NCBI GenBank assembly: GCA_019306365.1
Contig: JAFDLS010000001.1
Location: 1-60,029 of the forward strand
Direction of reading: 5' to 3'
DNA: 60,029 bases
Origin: Deltaproteobacteria bacterium
GTDB lineage: Bacteria; Desulfobacterota; Desulfarculia; Adiutricales; JAFDHD01
Made by a program: the position numbers and the translations under genes. Shown here one piece after another: positions 57,146 to 60,029 of this stretch; the stretch's first letter is position 1, and each line of letters opens with the position of its first letter. The notes under the pieces were generated by a model. That model did no database searches. It was not told the DNA's origin and saw nothing but the letters and a program-made list of their open reading frames with translations.

Positions 57146-58045
57146 ATGTCAGACCTTTGCTACCTGGATGAACCTGAGTTAGATAAACCAGCGTTAATTA
57201 TGGGTTTTTCAGGGTGGCCCAATGCCGGAGAGGTTGCCACGGGGACCCTGAATTACCTCCTGCGCCGCTTAAAATCTCGCCCCCTCGCCTTTTTGAAAAC
57301 CGATGCTTATTATGATTTTGCGTCTCATCGGCCAACAGCCAGCATACAAGACGGGTTGGTAGGTGAGCTTAACCTGCCGAAAAACAAATTTTTTTATATC
57401 AAGGGCGAGGAAAAGGATCGGGACTTGATTCTTTTTCTGGGGCAGGAACCCCATCTTCATTGGGAGGCTTTTTCCGGTCTGATTTTGAGCCTGGCACAAG
57501 ATTTTAATGTAAAAGGCATATATGCCCTGGGCGGGGCATACGATTATCTACCCCACTGGCTTGAACCACGCGTTTCCGTTGTCTGTTCATCTCCGGAGTT
57601 AAAGTTCGCTTTTGAGGGCCTCGACAGGCTTGAAACCTTGATTTCGGCTGAATACCAGGGCCCGGTTAGTATTCATACCATGCTTTTAAGTAAAGGCCGG
57701 GAAAAGGGCATTCCCGTTTTTGGTCTCTGGGGTCATGCTCCGGTATATATCCATACCGGCAACATCAAGGTCCACCGCCGGCTCGTGGAGTTATTGAGTC
57801 AACTAATAAATTTTTCTATTGATACGAATGATCTTGTTGAAGGCATTGAGCAGATGAATCAAAAAATCCAGATGCTTATGCAAGACAATCCGCAATTGAA
57901 GAAGTTCATCCAGGATTTGGAAAAAACACATGGGAAGCAGGGAGGTCTATCCACGCAACCCTCGATGATTGGCGCGCCCTCTACCAGGGGGAAGGTAATT
58001 TCCATAGATGACTTTCTCAAGCGTGAAAAGGAGAACGGTGGATAA
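57146..58045 (+). CDS. PAC2 (proteasome assembly chaperone 2-like) family protein
   Basis: 299 aa. PALIMGFSGWPNAGEVATGTLNYL matches the usual PAC2-family N-terminus. Confidence 0.6.
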   Translation: MSDLCYLDEPELDKPALIMGFSGWPNAGEVATGTLNYLLRRLKSRPLAFLKTDAYYDFASHRPTASIQDGLVGELNLPKNKFFYIKGEEKDRDLILFLGQEPHLHWEAFSGLILSLAQDFNVKGIYALGGAYDYLPHWLEPRVSVVCSSPELKFAFEGLDRLETLISAEYQGPVSIHTMLLSKGREKGIPVFGLWGHAPVYIHTGNIKVHRRLVELLSQLINFSIDTNDLVEGIEQMNQKIQMLMQDNPQLKKFIQDLEKTHGKQGGLSTQPSMIGAPSTRGKVISIDDFLKREKENGG

Positions 58046-58088
58046 AACACCTGCAAGTCCCTGGTATCGCCCGCCCCATTTCTTCTAA

Positions 58089-58294
58089 GAGACCTCTGCA
58101 AAACCAGTAATTTTGTTGAAATCGCGGAAGGCGAAAAATTAACCCGCAGGAATATTACCAAGTATTTCAAGGACTTAACTTTGAGCCTGACATATGCCGC
58201 TCCAGCGTCAGCGAAGCGGTGCTCAAAACCGCTGCAGCATGAGCGAAGCGGTGTTCATGAGTTCGGCTAAAGGACGAAGTTTTACAGAGGTCTC
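58089..58294 (-). mobile_element. MITE-A copy 9 (206 bp, tandemly duplicated internal hairpin module)
   Basis: Both TIRs are present, and the 33 bp hairpin module occurs twice in tandem. No matching flanking direct repeat is seen (TCTAA versus AGGTT). Confidence 0.8.
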
Positions 58295-58389
58295 AGGTTA
58301 ATAATTGACAGACAACAGCCTATTGTGCTATTCGTCAACATCCTTACCGGGTGTTAATAACAAAAAAGTTATTCTTTAGGATAATTATT

Positions 58390-59184
58390 ATGGATGAAAA
58401 ACAAAAAAATCAAAAAGATAAACCCAAACTCGGCATGAAGGACCACTTCCGCTTTGACTGTCACCCGGGAGTGGCCTGTTTTACCAAATGCTGTTCCGAT
58501 ATAAACATCTTCCTGGGGCCTTACGATGTTCTGCGGTTAAAAAACAGATTGGGTATCAGTTCATCTGAGTTCCTTGATAAACACACCTACCTCCTGTCAA
58601 CTCAAAACCAGATCATTCCGGTGGTTGTGCTCAAGATGTCTGACGATGAAAATAAAATGTGTCATTTTGTCACCGATGAAGGCTGCCAGGTCTATGAAGA
58701 CCGGCCCTGGCCCTGCCGTATGTATCCCCTGGATATGGATGAGGATGAGAAATTTTCCGTCCTCGCAGATCCTGAGACCTGCTTTGGACTCCAAGAAAAT
58801 AAGGAAACGCAGGTCATCGAATGGTTGGAAGATCAGGGGATCATGGATTACCAGCGGGCCTATAATTATTTTAACGAGATAGCCAGCCATCCGAAGATAA
58901 AAGAGATGGATGTGACCAACCAGCAGATCAAAAGCATGATCATTATGGCCACATATAATCTGGATAAATTCAGGGAATTCGTTTTTGGAAGCAGCTTTCT
59001 TGATATATTTGATCTGGAGGCTGATTTTATCGAACAGCTAAGGGTGGATGATACCGAACTTCTCCGTTTCGGCCTGGACTGGATAAAATTTGGTCTTTTC
59101 GGTGAAAAAACCTTGAAGATCAAGCCTGAGGTTCTGGAGGCCAGAAGTAAACAGGGCCTTGGAGCCGGTCAAGATATATCCTGA
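58390..59184 (+). CDS. YkgJ/CxxCxxCC-family cysteine-cluster protein (long form), paralog 1
   Basis: FRFDCHPGVACFTKCCSD ... CHFVTDEGCQVYEDRPWPCRMYP is the signature of this family. The ATG at 58390 is preferred over the tracked start at 58351. Confidence 0.7.
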   Translation: MDEKQKNQKDKPKLGMKDHFRFDCHPGVACFTKCCSDINIFLGPYDVLRLKNRLGISSSEFLDKHTYLLSTQNQIIPVVVLKMSDDENKMCHFVTDEGCQVYEDRPWPCRMYPLDMDEDEKFSVLADPETCFGLQENKETQVIEWLEDQGIMDYQRAYNYFNEIASHPKIKEMDVTNQQIKSMIIMATYNLDKFREFVFGSSFLDIFDLEADFIEQLRVDDTELLRFGLDWIKFGLFGEKTLKIKPEVLEARSKQGLGAGQDIS

Positions 59185-59936
59185 TGAAACCCCTCGACCA
59201 GGCCGACGGCCCATTTCAGCCGCTGGAGGGCGAAAGCTTTCATTTTGCCTGCCATCCGAAGATAGCCTGTTTTAATCGCTGCTGCGCCGATTTAAATCTC
59301 GTCCTAACCCCCTATGATATTCTCTGTTTAAAAAACAGGCTGGGGATGGCTTCGGACCAGTTTCTTGAAGAATATACCGACACCATGATTGAAGAAGGCC
59401 GGCCCTATCCGCGTGTCCAGCTCAAGATGTCAGACAAAAAGGACCGGCCGTGCCATTTTGTCTCACCAGCAGGCTGCACTGTTTACGAAGATCGCCCTGG
59501 AGCCTGCCGTATTTACCCTCTGGGGCGGGGCTCCGCGCACGGCGGCAAAGAGATATTTTTTCTGGTAAAGGAAGACCACTGCCAGGGGTTTAGCGAGGAT
59601 CGGGAATGGACGGTGGAAACCTGGCTGGCCGATCAGGGCCTCAAAGATCACAATAGAATCAATGATCAATGGATGGAGATAATCACCTCCTCCAAACCAT
59701 TGGGACCACCGGAACACCACCTAAAAAAGATGCAAATGTTCTTCATGGCGTCCTACAACCTGGATCGATTCCGGCAGTTTATATTCAAGAGCCCCTTTCT
59801 CGAACGATTTGTTTTGGAGCCGGAAATCATCGAAGCCATCAAAACCGATGACCGGTTACTATTGGAGCTCGGCTTCAAATGGCTCAGATTTTCCTTGTTT
59901 GGAGAAAAAACGATGCGTGTTCGCGGGAAAGATTAA
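59184..59936 (+). CDS. YkgJ/CxxCxxCC-family cysteine-cluster protein (long form), paralog 2
   Basis: FHFACHPKIACFNRCCAD ... CHFVSPAGCTVYEDRPGACRIYP. The start overlaps the paralog 1 stop (TGATG). Confidence 0.7.
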   Translation: MKPLDQADGPFQPLEGESFHFACHPKIACFNRCCADLNLVLTPYDILCLKNRLGMASDQFLEEYTDTMIEEGRPYPRVQLKMSDKKDRPCHFVSPAGCTVYEDRPGACRIYPLGRGSAHGGKEIFFLVKEDHCQGFSEDREWTVETWLADQGLKDHNRINDQWMEIITSSKPLGPPEHHLKKMQMFFMASYNLDRFRQFIFKSPFLERFVLEPEIIEAIKTDDRLLLELGFKWLRFSLFGEKTMRVRGKD

Positions 59937-60029
59937 GAAGTAAAACTTAAAAAAAGTCATCACTGCCCTGACCTGCCCAATCAAACTTACGGCCGGGCTG
60001 ATTGAAAAAATCACAAAGCGCTCACCCGC

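Noticed and set aside
59937-60029. Terminal 93 nt after the second YkgJ-type gene
   Set aside because: It is too short, and no recognisable start, stop or motif is present, so no feature is assigned.

Overview
This 60 kb chromosomal window looks like a Gram-negative anaerobe, probably Desulfobacterota-like. That guess rests on multihaem cytochrome c, an HdrD/CCG protein, LapAB, Lnt and an FHA-containing enhancer-binding protein; it is inference only, no search was run. About 55 genes are callable. Most are housekeeping: dinG-like helicase, PBP1A, cheB, guaB, guaA, dnaE, mutS, an amidase, prfB with its classic +1 frameshift, lnt, corC, lapA and lapB.

The most unusual content is at 9.1-25 kb. 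A plus-strand 2-oxoacid/acetoin dehydrogenase operon carries two tandem E1 alpha/beta pairs, one E2, LipB, an MFS transporter and a NifS-like desulfurase. It diverges from a minus-strand operon of six genes: AcoX-like kinase, dihydrolipoyl dehydrogenase, an 11-haem cytochrome c fused to a NarI-type membrane cytochrome b, a GcvH-like lipoyl protein, an HdrD/TmcB-like CCG iron-sulfur protein, and an LplA-like ligase. I read this as a candidate Tmc/DsrMK-like transmembrane redox module whose thiol/disulfide substrate is a lipoylated H-protein.

The second striking signal is a dense family of 173 bp MITE-like elements. They have 16 bp terminal inverted repeats, 4-5 bp target duplications and an internal hairpin with compensatory changes. 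Six full-length and three partial copies sit in intergenic DNA, and two of them touch the 3' ends of genes.

Other oddities are an in-frame TAA inside a YbaK-type deacylase, an enhancer-binding protein lacking GAFTGA and the Walker B acidic pair, and a PAC2 gene next to tandem YkgJ-type paralogs. No tRNA, rRNA or CRISPR array was seen.
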